64,000 nt of DNA, from positions 124,001 to 188,000 of the IMG/VR virus record IMGVR_UViG_3300033233_000001; one strand, given 5' to 3'. Positions 8,958-20,293 of the stretch are shown in pieces. The position numbers and the translations under genes were made by a program. Numbering within the stretch: position 1 is the stretch's first letter; the number at the start of each line of letters is the position of its first letter. The notes beneath the pieces are model-generated. The model made no database searches and was not told the origin of the DNA. It worked only from the letters and a program-made list of their open reading frames with translations.

Positions 8958-9359
8958 TCACCACACGTCCTCCGAAAAGAGCCCGATGTGCGGCCCGGTC
9001 TCGCGAAGCACCTGTCCGGCCGCACGCGCGACGAGAAGGGCCTCGCGCCGCGTGGCGAACGTCCCGTCGCTCAGCAGAAAGCCCTGACGCCACGACTCCT
9101 CGCTAGGATAGTCGGCCTCGCCGAGCGCGCGTATGACGTGGTGATGCCGTGCCGGAGGCGGCAGCGAGTGCGTCACGAGATCGTCGCCGGTCTGCACCGC
9201 AGCGGCTACGACACGCGCTGCCGAGTACTCGTGCACGGCCGACCTCGCGACGATAGCGCGGACGTGCTCGCGTTCCAGTGTGTGTGGCTGCGCGTCGAGC
9301 CATGCGATGTCTTCGGCGATCATCGCCTCATAGGCTGTGCGCGTTAGCGGTCCGGTCAT
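8958..9359 (-). CDS. conserved hypothetical phage protein
   Basis: RHHHVI..QGFLLSDGTFATRREA..LFSEDVW motif. Confidence 0.65.
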   Translation of the reverse strand: MTGPLTRTAYEAMIAEDIAWLDAQPHTLEREHVRAIVARSAVHEYSAARVVAAAVQTGDDLVTHSLPPPARHHHVIRALGEADYPSEESWRQGFLLSDGTFATRREALLVARAAGQVLRETGPHIGLFSEDVW

Positions 9360-10345
9360 CGTCCACCCCGCGCAATCGCAGCGCGTATGACGTCGGCTGC
9401 GGTGGCCAGGCCTCTGTCGAAGTTCTCGGCTTCGAGGCCGCTCGCGTTGCGCGGACCCTCGTGGGTACGCTCCTTCTCGATCAACGCGACTGCTTCGTCG
9501 AACGCCCGCGCCCGCGCCTCGCGTAGTTCGGCCAGCGCCGCGTCGGCGTCGGCAATCGCCGCGTTCGTCGTACACAACTGACACCAGACCTGACGGCCAG
9601 GCGCGTCGACGACCGGATGGCCGCACTTAGGACATGTGCCGAGTCTCTCGCTCGTTGGTCGGTCGAGGGCTTCTCGAAGCCGAGCGAGTTCGGCATTCAG
9701 GCTCGTCGCGGCGGTGAGGGCGGTGTCGCGCTCGGCGCGTAACGTCGTATTCCGACTCTCGGCGGCATCGAGGTCGGCAGCCCATGCCGCCAGATCGTTG
9801 CCCGCCTCGGCTGCTACACGAGCCAGGGCGGCGTCGCGCTCGGCCTCGGCCTTCTCGGCTTTGGCGCGCAAGGCCGCGACTCCCTCGATCTCATCGCGGA
9901 CCTTCGCGACCTCTTCTGGCGTCGGGTTCGGCGTACTGCCACGGAACGGATTGCGACCGTGAAGCAGAGACACAAGCTCTACGGGATCGAACCCGCCGCG
10001 CTCGCAGAGCCGCTCGTGCGATTGATTCTCGTGGCCGAACGCCGCGTACTGCGACCACGCGCGCTCCGAGAGCGCCCACGGGACTCGCGGGGGGAACGAG
10101 AAGCCTGGGATCTGCTTGACCGGGGCCCAGCGCTCCTTGGTCGGCGGCGCGGCCGGTGCGGTCGCAGCGGCTGTCTCACCTCGGGCGAGCGCGGCACGCC
10201 GTTCTTGGGCGAGCGCGGCACGCCATTCTTGGGCGATCGTGGCACGCCGCGGGCGATACGAACACGAGTCCGCCGTACAGCCGTCCTCCACGCGCTCGTG
10301 CAGCGGCCAGTCGCAGATCGCGCACCGTGATGTCGTGTCGGTCAT
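9356..10345 (-). CDS. Zn-finger/coiled-coil hypothetical protein
   Basis: CAIC, CPKC and CQLC motifs; coupled to neighbours. Confidence 0.55.
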   Translation of the reverse strand: MTDTTSRCAICDWPLHERVEDGCTADSCSYRPRRATIAQEWRAALAQERRAALARGETAAATAPAAPPTKERWAPVKQIPGFSFPPRVPWALSERAWSQYAAFGHENQSHERLCERGGFDPVELVSLLHGRNPFRGSTPNPTPEEVAKVRDEIEGVAALRAKAEKAEAERDAALARVAAEAGNDLAAWAADLDAAESRNTTLRAERDTALTAATSLNAELARLREALDRPTSERLGTCPKCGHPVVDAPGRQVWCQLCTTNAAIADADAALAELREARARAFDEAVALIEKERTHEGPRNASGLEAENFDRGLATAADVIRAAIARGGR

Positions 10346-10690
10346 CGTCCGGCCTTCTAGTGCGCGCCGAGCGACGCGTTTTTCGTCATCGTCCGCCCTG
10401 CCCACCAGTGATAGGCAAGAACTCTTCCGCCGGCATCGGCAGTCGCCGATCAAGCTCGGCGGTCAGCGCCCGCTTCTTCACCGGGTCCATGCGCCAGGAC
10501 ACCTCATCCGATGCCCACTCGCGGACAAGCTCTTCGAGCAACGCACTCGTCGCCATGGCGCGCGCCTCTTTGGCGGCAACGCGCTCTGGCGGCAGACATC
10601 GGCGGCACAGCTTCTCCGGCGGAATGGTAATGCCGGGAGTGTACCTGTCGACCGTGCCGCACTGCGGACACGCGTGCTCCGTCCAGTTGA

Positions 10691-11164
10691 TCATCGTTCG
10701 CGCTCGTTGACGGCTCGCTCGATGATGCGGGCCCAAGTCTCGATGATCTCGGCCTTGACGTCATCGTCGACGGTGGCCCATTCGCGCTTGAGGCCGCGTC
10801 GGTCGCTCAGGTTGTCCACGATCGCGCGTGCGGCCGCGTAAAACCGCGGTCCCACCAGCGAAACCGGCTTCGCGGAGTCGCGGTAACCGGCGGTCGGCGG
10901 CGAATGACCGGCCGGCGTGCCTCCGAAGCCGAAGAAGTCGGTCGGCGGCTTACTCAGCGTGGCGGCTTCCGCCATGAGATCACGAAGTACCGTGTAGTGC
11001 TGGTTCGCTTGCAGCATCTGCTCTTGGTCGAACGCCATGTAACGTTCGACTGCCAGGCGCGCGTCCTTGTCGGCGAGGTCAGCAATGTACTCATGCGGCG
11101 CACCGTTCACACGACTACCGGCGACCGACGCGGCGTACACGTCGAGGTAGACCTTGACGGTCAC
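10691..11164 (-). CDS. hypothetical protein
   Basis: Coupled ORF. Confidence 0.5.
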   Translation of the reverse strand: MTVKVYLDVYAASVAGSRVNGAPHEYIADLADKDARLAVERYMAFDQEQMLQANQHYTVLRDLMAEAATLSKPPTDFFGFGGTPAGHSPPTAGYRDSAKPVSLVGPRFYAAARAIVDNLSDRRGLKREWATVDDDVKAEIIETWARIIERAVNERER

Positions 11165-11718
11165 GGCTTCCTCTTCGTACGAATCGACGGCAGCGACTTG
11201 AGCGCGCGGTCGAGCGCAGCGCGGATCTGGACGATCGCCTCGATCTTTGCGTCGTCAGCGGTCTCAGCTTCGAGCCCGTAGTTGTCGATGCCGACGTCTG
11301 AGAACAGCCGCCAGCCATCGTAGTGGATGTGGCGCGTGACCGTGATGTCGATCTCGCCGGTGTGGAGCGTCCACGAGCGCGGCTCGTCCTTGCCGCGCAT
11401 GCCTTTCGAGTAGCTGGTGCTGTCGACCCAGTCCGCAAGTGGATGCCGGCGCGTCATAGCGTCAGACCTCGCCGTCGCGGTCGACGGAGACCTCGACGAT
11501 CAGCGCGATCGGTATCGCCAGCCGGAACGCATCGTCGAGCCAGGTCAGTTCGGCCTGCTCGTGCTCGCTGTCGTCGATGTGCTGGTTATCGACGAGGTAG
11601 TTGAAGATGGCACTCGCCACCTCTTCCTTCGTCAGCTGGAACTTGACTCGCATGTCGTCCTTCGCGTTTTCTCGGCAGACCATACTTCTCTCTGTAGACC
11701 TGTAGACCAATAGCAGTT

Positions 11719-12081
11719 CTAAACGAACCGCACGTCGAAGCCGTGCTTACGGAGGTACGTCTTCAGCTGCGGGAACTTGCGAGCGTCCGAGAGTCCGTAG
11801 ACCCGTTCGATCCACGGGAGCAGCGGGTCGATGGTCTCGTCGAGGTCATAGCTGTCGACCTCTTCAACCGTCTCGCACTCAAACATCAGGCTCGGCAGGA
11901 CGCCGAGCGCGGCGAGTATGTGCCCGCTGACGCAGCCGCAGAACTCGCCGCGCTCCTTCAATAGCTCCCGGTAGCAGAGCGTGCCATGCACGACGTTCGC
12001 CTTCTTGATCGTGAGCTTGACGGGCTTCGGCTTGGTCGGCTTCGGCGCCGGCTTCTTCTTCTTCGACGACGGCTTCTTCAC
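11719..12081 (-). CDS. hypothetical protein
   Basis: Lys-rich N-terminus; directly downstream of the ligase. Confidence 0.55.
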   Translation of the reverse strand: MKKPSSKKKKPAPKPTKPKPVKLTIKKANVVHGTLCYRELLKERGEFCGCVSGHILAALGVLPSLMFECETVEEVDSYDLDETIDPLLPWIERVYGLSDARKFPQLKTYLRKHGFDVRFV

Positions 12082-12084
12082 GGG

Positions 12085-13068
12085 TCACCTTTCCAGGTAG
12101 CGATTCGAGACGAGCTTGAGCATGACGCGGCCGATCTCCGGGTCGGACCGCTCTGCTGCCGGCTTGATGACGATGCCCTCCGAGAGGTGCTTGGCGATGG
12201 CGCTGTTGCCGATCGCAAGCTCCTCCATCTTGGCCTCCGAGTACGGGCCGACGTAGAGCAGCGGCACGCGCGTGTTCTTCGAGCCCTCTTCGTCCATGGT
12301 GAAGCCCCAGAAGTCGACCGACGAGTCCCAGACGTTGCCACGCAGGATGTCGAAGGCGCGAAAGAAGACCTGCCCCTTGTCCGCATCGTACCGGAGGTCT
12401 TGCACCTGGCCGAAAACCTCTCCGTAGAGGACAGCGTCCTGGTTGGCCTTACACCACTCGGCGATCCACGGGTTCTGCTTCAGCGCCTGCCACCAGGGAT
12501 CTCCCGGCTGCTGGCCTTCGGCCGGCGGGCGCTTCCACTGCGTACGCGAGCCGCACCACATGCGGTCCTCGCGGTAAGCCATGCGAGCGTTCCCTCCGTG
12601 CAACTTCTCGCTGACGTAGACCGTCTCGCCCTCGACGAACAGGTGCTTGTAGCGTCTCCAGTTCTCGACGTCGTACTTCGGGACGTAGGCCAGCGCCTCG
12701 CACGGGCGCTCCGCGTCACCGTCGGTGCCGAACTCGATGGGAGGCTCCCAGCGCTTGATGCCGAGGGCTTCCATGACGTCGTCGCCCTCGGCCGCTCCTT
12801 CGGGAGCACGGATCAGTAGCCCCTGCGACCACGTGCCTCGAAGCCGCTTGGCTTTGATGCGCGTCTTGCCCGCAAGGAAGGCCGCCCAGGGCGCGTCGGC
12901 CGGGACGACGTAGTCGGGCTCGATGTACGCACAGAGGTCACCGGGTGAGAAGTCGCCGAGGCGTACCGCGCAGGTCCAGCCGTGGATCTGCACGAGCCCG
13001 AGGCTGTCGGCGTTCGGGTGCTTGACGATCTCTTTGATGCGGACGACGTCGACGCGGTGCGTGCTCAT
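12085..13068 (-). CDS. ATP-dependent RNA ligase (Rnl5/DRB0094-like, N-terminal OB fold)
   Basis: HPNADSL..LRGTWSQGLL; motif I EKLHG, YGEVFG, FDI, EGIVIK and motif V KLVS. Confidence 0.9.
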   Translation of the reverse strand: MSTHRVDVVRIKEIVKHPNADSLGLVQIHGWTCAVRLGDFSPGDLCAYIEPDYVVPADAPWAAFLAGKTRIKAKRLRGTWSQGLLIRAPEGAAEGDDVMEALGIKRWEPPIEFGTDGDAERPCEALAYVPKYDVENWRRYKHLFVEGETVYVSEKLHGGNARMAYREDRMWCGSRTQWKRPPAEGQQPGDPWWQALKQNPWIAEWCKANQDAVLYGEVFGQVQDLRYDADKGQVFFRAFDILRGNVWDSSVDFWGFTMDEEGSKNTRVPLLYVGPYSEAKMEELAIGNSAIAKHLSEGIVIKPAAERSDPEIGRVMLKLVSNRYLER

Positions 13069-14690
13069 GTTCGGACCTCCGGTCGGTATTCGCCGGGTCC
13101 GACGGACCAGATCCATTCCTGCGCCGCAAGCGCGGTGGGCACTTCTGGCGGTACCGGCATGACGAACATCCGACCTGTCCCGCAGCGCACACGAAGAAAC
13201 CTCTCGCCAGGAGAATCAGGCAGATCGACGCGCAGAAGCGTGCCGATTTCAGGGTCAGGATCGGTGTCGATCGTCTCGTGCGGTAGTGCCGCGAGAATGC
13301 CGTCCCAGCCCACGATCTCTGCGGCCGCGCGCCGCTGTTCGATCTGCGGCCAGGTCAGCGCGGTCGTCGGGTCGAGAGACCCTCGGCGTTCGATCCACTC
13401 CCGCGGAACGCGCGTTCCATGCCATGAATACACCGACCATCCGTCGCGATAGCTGAGTGCCGGACCATGCTCGGCGTGTGAGCGGTGATCGACGTCGCGC
13501 GAGATAGTCTTCGGAAAGTCGGAGACGAGGCAGAAGCGGGAGTGCATGAATCGGTGACAGCCGTAGATCGCAGCACGCTCGTAGTGAATCCAGCGGTCGT
13601 ACTCCGGCAGCCGCAGACCGGCCACTTCACGGAAGAACGATAGGTACGAGCACCATTGCCCCCAGTGATTGCCGCCGTTCCAGTTACGAGACCATTGTGC
13701 CAGCGAAGCGAGTAGAAGCCGGACCAGAGGCCCGTCCGTGGCGTCGTTCGTGGCGTCGTTCGTGGCGTCGCGCGTGGCGGCGTGCGTGGCGGCGTGCGTG
13801 GCGTCGTGCGTGGCGGCGGCGTTCGTGGCGTCGCGCGTGGCGTCGTGCGTGGCGGCGTGCGTGGCGGCGCGCGTGGCGTCGTGCGTGGCGACGTTCGTGG
13901 CGACGTTCGTGGCGTCGCGCGTGGCGTCGTGCGTGGCGGCGTTCGTGGCGTCGCGCGTGGCGTCGTGCGTGGCGGCGTGCGTGGCGGCGCGCGTGGCGAC
14001 GTTCGTGGCGGCGCTCGTGGCGACGCGCGTGGCGACGCGCGTGGCGTCGTGCGTGGCGTCGCGCGTGGCGTCGCGCGTGGCGACGCTCGTGGCGTCGCGC
14101 GTGGCGACGCTCGTGGCGACGTTCGTGGCGGCGCTCGTGGCGACGTTCGTGGCGGCGCTCGTGGCGACGCGCGTGGCGACGTTCGTGGCGACGCTCGTGG
14201 CGACGTTCGTGGCGTCGCTCGTGGCGACGTTCGTGGCGGCGCTCGTGGCGACGCGCGTGGCGACGTTCGTGGCGACGCTCGTGGCGACGTTCGTGGCGTC
14301 GCTCGGCTTTGGCAGCGGATCCAGCGGCAACCCGTGCGCCGCTTTAGCGATCCGAGCGGACGCCACTCGGATGGCAGCCGCGTAGTCCGTCTCGGTCAGC
14401 GTACGACCGCAGAGCGCCACATGCTTTTCGGGATGCTCTCGCAGCCACCAAACCATTGACGCAAAACACCAAGCGGCAGCACCGACGATTGGGCTCGGAA
14501 CGTAGATCACCGGAACCGTCGGCAGCTTAGCTGCCCGGTAGAGCCCGTCGATCGCCTCGGTGCAGAAGCGTCGATCTTCGTCCGTCTGCGGCGCGGTCCG
14601 GAGAATTCTGGAAAGCCACAGATCACGCCACTCCGGCAGGCGAGCGCGGTGCTCGTCCGTCAGCGAGTAGACAGCGCGCTTCTTGGCCAT
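13065..14690 (-). CDS. DUF6745-like protein with an internal tetrapeptide repeat
   Basis: GPALSYRDGWSVYSWHGTRVP..IEQRRAAAEIVGWD..LRVRCGT. Confidence 0.75.
   Translation of the reverse strand: MAKKRAVYSLTDEHRARLPEWRDLWLSRILRTAPQTDEDRRFCTEAIDGLYRAAKLPTVPVIYVPSPIVGAAAWCFASMVWWLREHPEKHVALCGRTLTETDYAAAIRVASARIAKAAHGLPLDPLPKPSDATNVATSVATNVATRVATSAATNVATSDATNVATSVATNVATRVATSAATNVATSAATNVATSVATRDATSVATRDATRDATHDATRVATRVATSAATNVATRAATHAATHDATRDATNAATHDATRDATNVATNVATHDATRAATHAATHDATRDATNAAATHDATHAATHAATRDATNDATNDATDGPLVRLLLASLAQWSRNWNGGNHWGQWCSYLSFFREVAGLRLPEYDRWIHYERAAIYGCHRFMHSRFCLVSDFPKTISRDVDHRSHAEHGPALSYRDGWSVYSWHGTRVPREWIERRGSLDPTTALTWPQIEQRRAAAEIVGWDGILAALPHETIDTDPDPEIGTLLRVDLPDSPGERFLRVRCGTGRMFVMPVPPEVPTALAAQEWIWSVGPGEYRPEVRT
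13738..14304. repeat. 12-bp coding tandem repeat GTGGCGnCGnnC (about 47 units)
   Basis: Encodes ATNV/ATSA/ATRD/ATHD units on the minus strand. Confidence 0.95.
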
Positions 14691-14693
14691 GAC

Positions 14694-15032
14694 TCAGTCC
14701 TCGACGCGACGCCAGCCGGCCGGCGTGTGCTCGCGCGCTCGCCTGACCTCGTAGCAGCCGGGAGCGAGCAACAGAGACTCGTGCGTGTCATGTGGGCGCG
14801 CATGCAATAGCTCGGACGGCTGCTCGCAGCGCAGATACGCGACGAGCGGGCTCTCCGCCGTGAAGTGCGCGACACCGATCGCCGCGAGGTAGTGGTGGTG
14901 ACCGGTCTCGCTGTGCGAGACGATTACCGTGCCATCTGTAGTTGGTGGCTGTCGCACGGCCGACGACGGGATTACGTCGATACGTCGCAGCCAGCAGTCA
15001 CCCTGTGCGCCCTGAAGTCGAAAAGTCTGCAT
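14694..15032 (-). CDS. small partner protein of the DUF6745-like gene
   Basis: QGD..SETGHHH..H..APGCYEVRRARE pattern. Confidence 0.7.
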   Translation of the reverse strand: MQTFRLQGAQGDCWLRRIDVIPSSAVRQPPTTDGTVIVSHSETGHHHYLAAIGVAHFTAESPLVAYLRCEQPSELLHARPHDTHESLLLAPGCYEVRRAREHTPAGWRRVED

Positions 15033-15394
15033 CGCGGCCCGTCCTTCCAGTGGTGTGTCGTAAGCTACCGTGTCCGCCATCTTCGTGCAAGCCAGAAACG
15101 CACGCGTTTTGCCTAGTCTTTCGCGTCGGCCTCCTCCGGATCGGATGGCGTCCAGTCCGGCCGGGCCTCCCGGTAGTCGTCGACCCAGGGCGAAGTAGGA
15201 GCGCGCCCTGCCTCGTGCTCGACAAGGTATTCGAGGCAGTTCACGACGTCTGTGTGGCTCTCTTCGCCGAGCACGAGCAGCGAAACGAGTTTACGCATGA
15301 CGTCGTCGTACCGAAGCGCGGTTGCGGGATCCTGCGGAGCGTGGACGTTCTTCTTGCGGTCGCTCATGGATCTGTTCTCCTTTTCCAGTCGGAG

Positions 15395-15871
15395 CTAGGA
15401 TCGCTCCATGATGTAGGCGACGAAGTCCGCCGGCAGCTGCACGCCGTGCTCCTCGATGTAGTGCGGCAGCCCTTCGGGCCAGACCCAGACGCCATCGGTG
15501 AGGTCGGCGCCGCCGGGCGTAGGCTCTTCGCAGCCGCATCGACAGTAGGATGAGCCCATCCATTGCTGATGCACTTGGCCGCTGCGTAGGTACGCGATGA
15601 CGGCGCGGCGTTCTTTCGGGTTCCACGCGCGGTCGCGCAAGTCGTCTGGGTGCGGTAGGAGCGAGTCTTTTCCCGTCGACCAGAAGCCTGCCGGCTTGAG
15701 CTTACGCGGCGGCTTGTTCCAGTGGTGGATGACCAAGATCGTCGAGGACCCGATCTCACGCTCGACCGGTGAGAGCATCGCATCGAGACGCGCATCATGC
15801 TCGTCCATCTCGGCGATCCTCTCCTGGTCCGTTTTCGAGCGCCAGTCCGCCTCGTCCTGTTCGTCGGTCAT
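15395..15871 (-). CDS. conserved hypothetical protein
   Basis: MGSSYCRCGC..TDGVWVWPEGLPHYIEEH. Confidence 0.65.
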   Translation of the reverse strand: MTDEQDEADWRSKTDQERIAEMDEHDARLDAMLSPVEREIGSSTILVIHHWNKPPRKLKPAGFWSTGKDSLLPHPDDLRDRAWNPKERRAVIAYLRSGQVHQQWMGSSYCRCGCEEPTPGGADLTDGVWVWPEGLPHYIEEHGVQLPADFVAYIMERS

Positions 15872-16217
15872 GAGCGGGCCTGTTCGTCGCGCCGCAGGCT
15901 CGCGAGCGCGATGTCGAATGCCTGCCCAGCCTCGCGTACGAACGCCTCGCGCATCAGCGCCGCGCCGCCGTCGCTGAGAAAGCCGCCCGCTGCGTCTCCG
16001 AAGACCTCGCCGTCGATCATCGTGACGTTGGCCGCGACCAGCAAAAGGACGGTGATCGCCGGCTCGCGGCCGATCTGATCTTCTTGCAGCGCTCTCGACA
16101 CGAGCGCGGCCGCCCGGTCGATCTGTTCATCGCGAGCCGGGTCGCTATGCGTCGTGGGCCTCATCGCGTATCTCCAGAGAGCGCGACCTTCACAGTCCGT
16201 CCTTCACAGTCCGTCCT

Positions 16218-17081
16218 TCACAGTCCGAGCTTCCGCAGGTTCTCGACGTGTTCGACGCGAGCCGCGTCGATCGACTCCTCTAGTTCTTCGCGTGCGAGTT
16301 GGGTCTGCCGGTCTGCATCAGTGCGTTGAGCTTGTAGACGTTCGATACGGAGCACAAGCTCGACGAGCAGCGGCGACGGCACGATGCCGATGTGTCTGAG
16401 AGCGTCTTCGGCCGTCGAGCGCCAGTGGCCGTCCGGTCCACGGCGCGACAGCGCATGACAGCAGAACAGGTCGGGCTGTCCTGAGTCTGAGTCTCTTACG
16501 ACCCACGCCTCACCGACGGGAATGTCGGTCGAGCGGCTCCTGGTTGCCGCGTCCCTGACGGCGACCTTGAACCCGTGAGCACGCAGCATGGTCAAAGCAC
16601 GGTCGTTGCGATTCAGCTGCTCCGTCGACGGCCGTCGCAGGTTTTTCACGTGCCACTGCCAGATATTGCCATCGACGGAAACGTGTTTGCCGAGGGCGCT
16701 GTTGCCGCAGCGATTGACACGCGCGACCGTCCCCACGAACTTGTCCATGGCCGAGGCCCAGTTCACGGGCCGTCCGTCGACCGAGTACGAATCGTGCCGT
16801 CCGAGGACCACGAGGTCGCCGACCTTCGGCCAGTCGTCGGCCACGGGCGTGGCTGCCGTCGAAGCCGCTTCATGGATGAACACGGATTCGATCCTTTCGA
16901 TCGAGTCGAACTGCCCCCACGACGATTCGCAGCCGCTGTCGTGCCTGACGAGGATTCTCCCGTCCTCCAAGACCGCGGTAACGGTTCCCGGGCCGGGATC
17001 CAGTCCGCCGTGGCACCGCACGCCACTTGGGCTCAGCCGCACGCGCGTTCCGACCGGCGGCCACTGTGTGATCGTGGACAT
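16218..17081 (-). CDS. hypothetical protein (SH3-like beta-barrel segments)
   Basis: Leaderless start after TTGACG-17-TAGACA. Confidence 0.6.
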   Translation of the reverse strand: MSTITQWPPVGTRVRLSPSGVRCHGGLDPGPGTVTAVLEDGRILVRHDSGCESSWGQFDSIERIESVFIHEAASTAATPVADDWPKVGDLVVLGRHDSYSVDGRPVNWASAMDKFVGTVARVNRCGNSALGKHVSVDGNIWQWHVKNLRRPSTEQLNRNDRALTMLRAHGFKVAVRDAATRSRSTDIPVGEAWVVRDSDSGQPDLFCCHALSRRGPDGHWRSTAEDALRHIGIVPSPLLVELVLRIERLQAQRTDADRQTQLAREELEESIDAARVEHVENLRKLGL

Positions 17082-17088
17082 CGTAGCC

Positions 17089-17117
17089 TGTCTACACGCT
17101 TACGACACACTCGTCAA
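17089..17117 (-). promoter_or_regulatory. sigma70-like promoter with the GTGTGTCGTAAGC box in its spacer
   Basis: TTGACG-17-TAGACA-7-ATG. Confidence 0.65.
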
Positions 17118-18191
17118 GAGCAGAAAGAAAACACTGTCGAACAGCGGCTTGCGCGTGGTCACGGTCCGTCTTCTTCGACAACTTCGTCGGGCAGTCGTCG
17201 CAGACAATCATGTCCACCGGGCGACATGACGACGAGTCGCAAGATGCGTAGCAGAAACTGTCCCCGCACGGACCCGTGTAGTTCGAGAGCCGCAGACTCC
17301 GATGCCGCGTGGACTACGTCTTCTCGACACCGAGTGTAATCTTCACGCTCACCGCTTCCTCCTCGCGAGTACGTCGCGGATGATCTTGTCGAGGCGATCG
17401 TCTGATGGCGGCACGTCGCGGAATCGCAGATCGAGCACCGTCTCTGCACGTACCTCCCGCGCCACCTCTCGGAGCAGCGCATCGCTGTCGGCCATCAGTG
17501 CATCGATCGCCATGAGCACTTTGTTGAAGGCCCCGCCGGTTCGCGTCAGGTTCGTCGTGGTGCCGGCTGCCGCTGTTTCCGAGAGCAGGCGAATGACCTC
17601 GGCGAGGGCGATGTCGCGTGCTCGGATCTCGGCGTCCGTTGCCAGCGGGATGCCGTCATGCTCGCGCGCAGGTACGAGGCCCGGCGTCTGGTGCGGTCCG
17701 GCATGTCCAGGTGGCAGCACGCAGAGCGACGATCCCGGGTCGCGCGTATCGCCGACGGGGCCGCATACGACCTTGGCGGCGGGCCAACCCCGCAGCACGG
17801 TCCATGAGCCGCAGCACTTGTCCGCCGTCACGCGACTGCCGTCGATCGACACCGCGTAGTAGCCGTGTGCGCGGCACGTCAGGATCTCGATACTCATCGC
17901 CGCCTTGCCGCCTTTCGTAGCTCCACGACCGCATCGCGGAGCGCGCCGTCATGGTGCAAAGCGCGGTAGCCGCCCACGCTATCGGCCCACGCCTTTGCCG
18001 CTGCGATGACCGCGCGCTCGGCGATGGCGATGCGATTCCCAGCGCGGTACTGGCGCAGGTGAGCGCCGCAGTAGAACACGTCGTCGTGTTCGCTTGTTGC
18101 GAGTCGCACACACGCACAACACATGCGATCAGCGGCTATGTGCTTGCGGTCACTGGAGCCTCCGTTGGGGTCCTCCGGTGTGGTCGGTCGG

Positions 18192-18482
18192 TCAGCCACG
18201 TTCGCCGTCCCGATGCGGGGCGCGTAGGCCGCCATCGTTTGCGCGCCGATAGTTCTCGGCGATCATCATCGCGAAGTTCGCCACGTCGGCGGCCTCGGAC
18301 TCGATGTGTTCGACGTTCGACTTCTGCTCGATCGCCGAAGCGAGTTCGCCCATCTCCTGCCGCATCCGATTGAGCAGCCACTTCGGCGAGAGATCCGCCC
18401 ATCCATCCTTGTGGTCGTTTGTTTGAAGTTCGCGCTCCATCGCGAGAGCGAAGTCCACCACTGACTGGCGCATTCTGCTCAT
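18192..18482 (-). CDS. MazG-like NTP pyrophosphohydrolase-fold protein
   Basis: QEMGEL..ESEAADVANFAMM. Confidence 0.6.
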   Translation of the reverse strand: MSRMRQSVVDFALAMERELQTNDHKDGWADLSPKWLLNRMRQEMGELASAIEQKSNVEHIESEAADVANFAMMIAENYRRANDGGLRAPHRDGERG

Positions 18483-19927
18483 CGCCGTCCTCCGAGCGCG
18501 TAATCGACCAGTGCATCGATCGGCATCGACCGCACCGCGTCTTCGTACGCCGCCGGGTCGTAGTCGTTGTCATGCTCGGACATGTGCGAGATCGTGTTGC
18601 CCGCCTTCGCGCACACGCTTTCTGCCAGCCGCAACGCCCACTCGCGCGCGTCGGGGTGCTCGCGCTCAATGAGGTCAGCCGCATCGCCAAGGGTCGTCGA
18701 CATCACCGCTGACCTCTCGCTGATACCGCCTATCGACTCACGGACCCCTGCGGCGTCTGCCCGCAGTTGCGCCACGATCGTGGCGACCACCGGGCTCGCC
18801 GCGACCGGCGGGTGCGGGCGCCCGCGACCGACCTTGGCGATGGCGCGGTCGCACCACGGCGGGCTCCCCGCGTCGGGTCCGTGCCAATCGTTACGCTTCG
18901 AGCCCTCCCGCACGAGTGCCCGGTCCCTTTCGCTCGGCGCAGGCGGCGGATCCGTCGTCTCGACCCACGTCGTGCGGACGTCGAGTTGCGTCGGGTTGTC
19001 GGACACCACGCGAATCTCGCCGCGTCCGCCGGGCGGCACCACAAGCGGCAGTCCGCCTGGGGTCATCCACTGGCCAGGGCCGAGCACGAGCGACGGCGGT
19101 GATGCCAGCGGCTGTGCATCCGCGGCGCAGTGCCCGCAAAGCCAGCCATCGGCGGTCAGCTTGCAGCCCTCGGCGTTCATGGTTCCCGGCATGATCTCAT
19201 CTCCGCAGAGACAAGGAGTGAAAACTACACTCTTCGGATCAGCCTTCATGACTCCACCTCGGACCGTTCGATCTTCGTAGCCTCGATCGCCTCGTACGCC
19301 GCGCGGCACTTGCCGATGACGGCGCGGACCTCCGCGTTGCTCCGTCGATCGAAGAGACCCGGGCCGCTGTAGACCCGCTCCGGAAACGTGCGCGCTCGTC
19401 GCGCGCAAGCCCGAAGCATGTCGCCGGCCCACTCGCAGAGCTTATCCGATCGGTAGACCTCCGTTTCGTGTCGGCAGCGGATGCCCGAAAACTCATCAGC
19501 CTTGCTCAGGGCCCTGTGCTGCGGCTCCCACTTGAGTTGCACGCGGCGACTGTGCTCGACCGCAGCGCGATACGCATCGAGCGCGAGTGCGAAGGCGCGG
19601 TCGTCGACCGGTGGGAGCTTGTACTTTCGCGCCGCCTTGTCAGTCACAGGCGCCCCACGAGTCGGCGCCGACGACGAAGACGACGCCATCGTCTCGGCAG
19701 AAGCATCCGTAGTCGGTCACGTCTGCGTACTCGTCGCCGAGCAACGCGCAGGAACGCCGGCACTCAGCGCTACGGCGCGCGATCACTGGCACTGGCAGCA
19801 TCGGCAGCGGCACGCCGAGCATCCACTGCACGAGACCGTAGAGCATGATGGCAATGGCTGCGACGCTGAAGCAGATGCCCATCACGCCGCCGACTCCGAG
19901 TCCGCCACGTCGTTCGGGCTCCATCGG

Positions 19928-20293
19928 TCAGCCTGCCTTTCTCGTCCGCGGCGTCCTGCGCTTCTGAGCGCGCGCTGCGCGCGCACGCTCTTGCATCACC
20001 CCAAGGGCCGCGCTCTTGGCGTGGAACATGATCGTGTGCATCTCCTCGGTCGTGAACGGCGGGTCGGGTACGAATCCCAGATCTGCCGTCACCCTTCCGC
20101 GCTGCATGTGCGGCTTCTCGTCAGGCCGCTTCGGGTCGAAGCCGCTGTAGTAGACGTGCAGCATGCACTCGGCCGCGCCCCTGATCGGAGCGAGATTCGC
20201 GAACGCCGTCTTGGTAGCCCCGTCTTCGTACCATGGCTTGCCGTCGATGAGCGCTACCGCTCCTTCGGCGCCGGATGTCTTTTTCTTCGTCAT
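19928..20293 (-). CDS. hypothetical protein
   Basis: ATG ORF in a gene run. Confidence 0.5.
   Translation of the reverse strand: MTKKKTSGAEGAVALIDGKPWYEDGATKTAFANLAPIRGAAECMLHVYYSGFDPKRPDEKPHMQRGRVTADLGFVPDPPFTTEEMHTIMFHAKSAALGVMQERARAARAQKRRTPRTRKAG

Noticed and set aside
13669-14459. Three long plus-strand ORFs (VASF, WRRA and RGDV repeats) and a possible CRISPR-like repeat
   Set aside because: These are shadow frames of a stop-free 12-bp coding repeat, and there are no unique spacers.
16188-16228. Short tandem duplications (14 bp x3 here; 24 bp near 10185 and 41243; 9 bp near 27698)
   Set aside because: They are consistent with ordinary slippage and show no associated structure.
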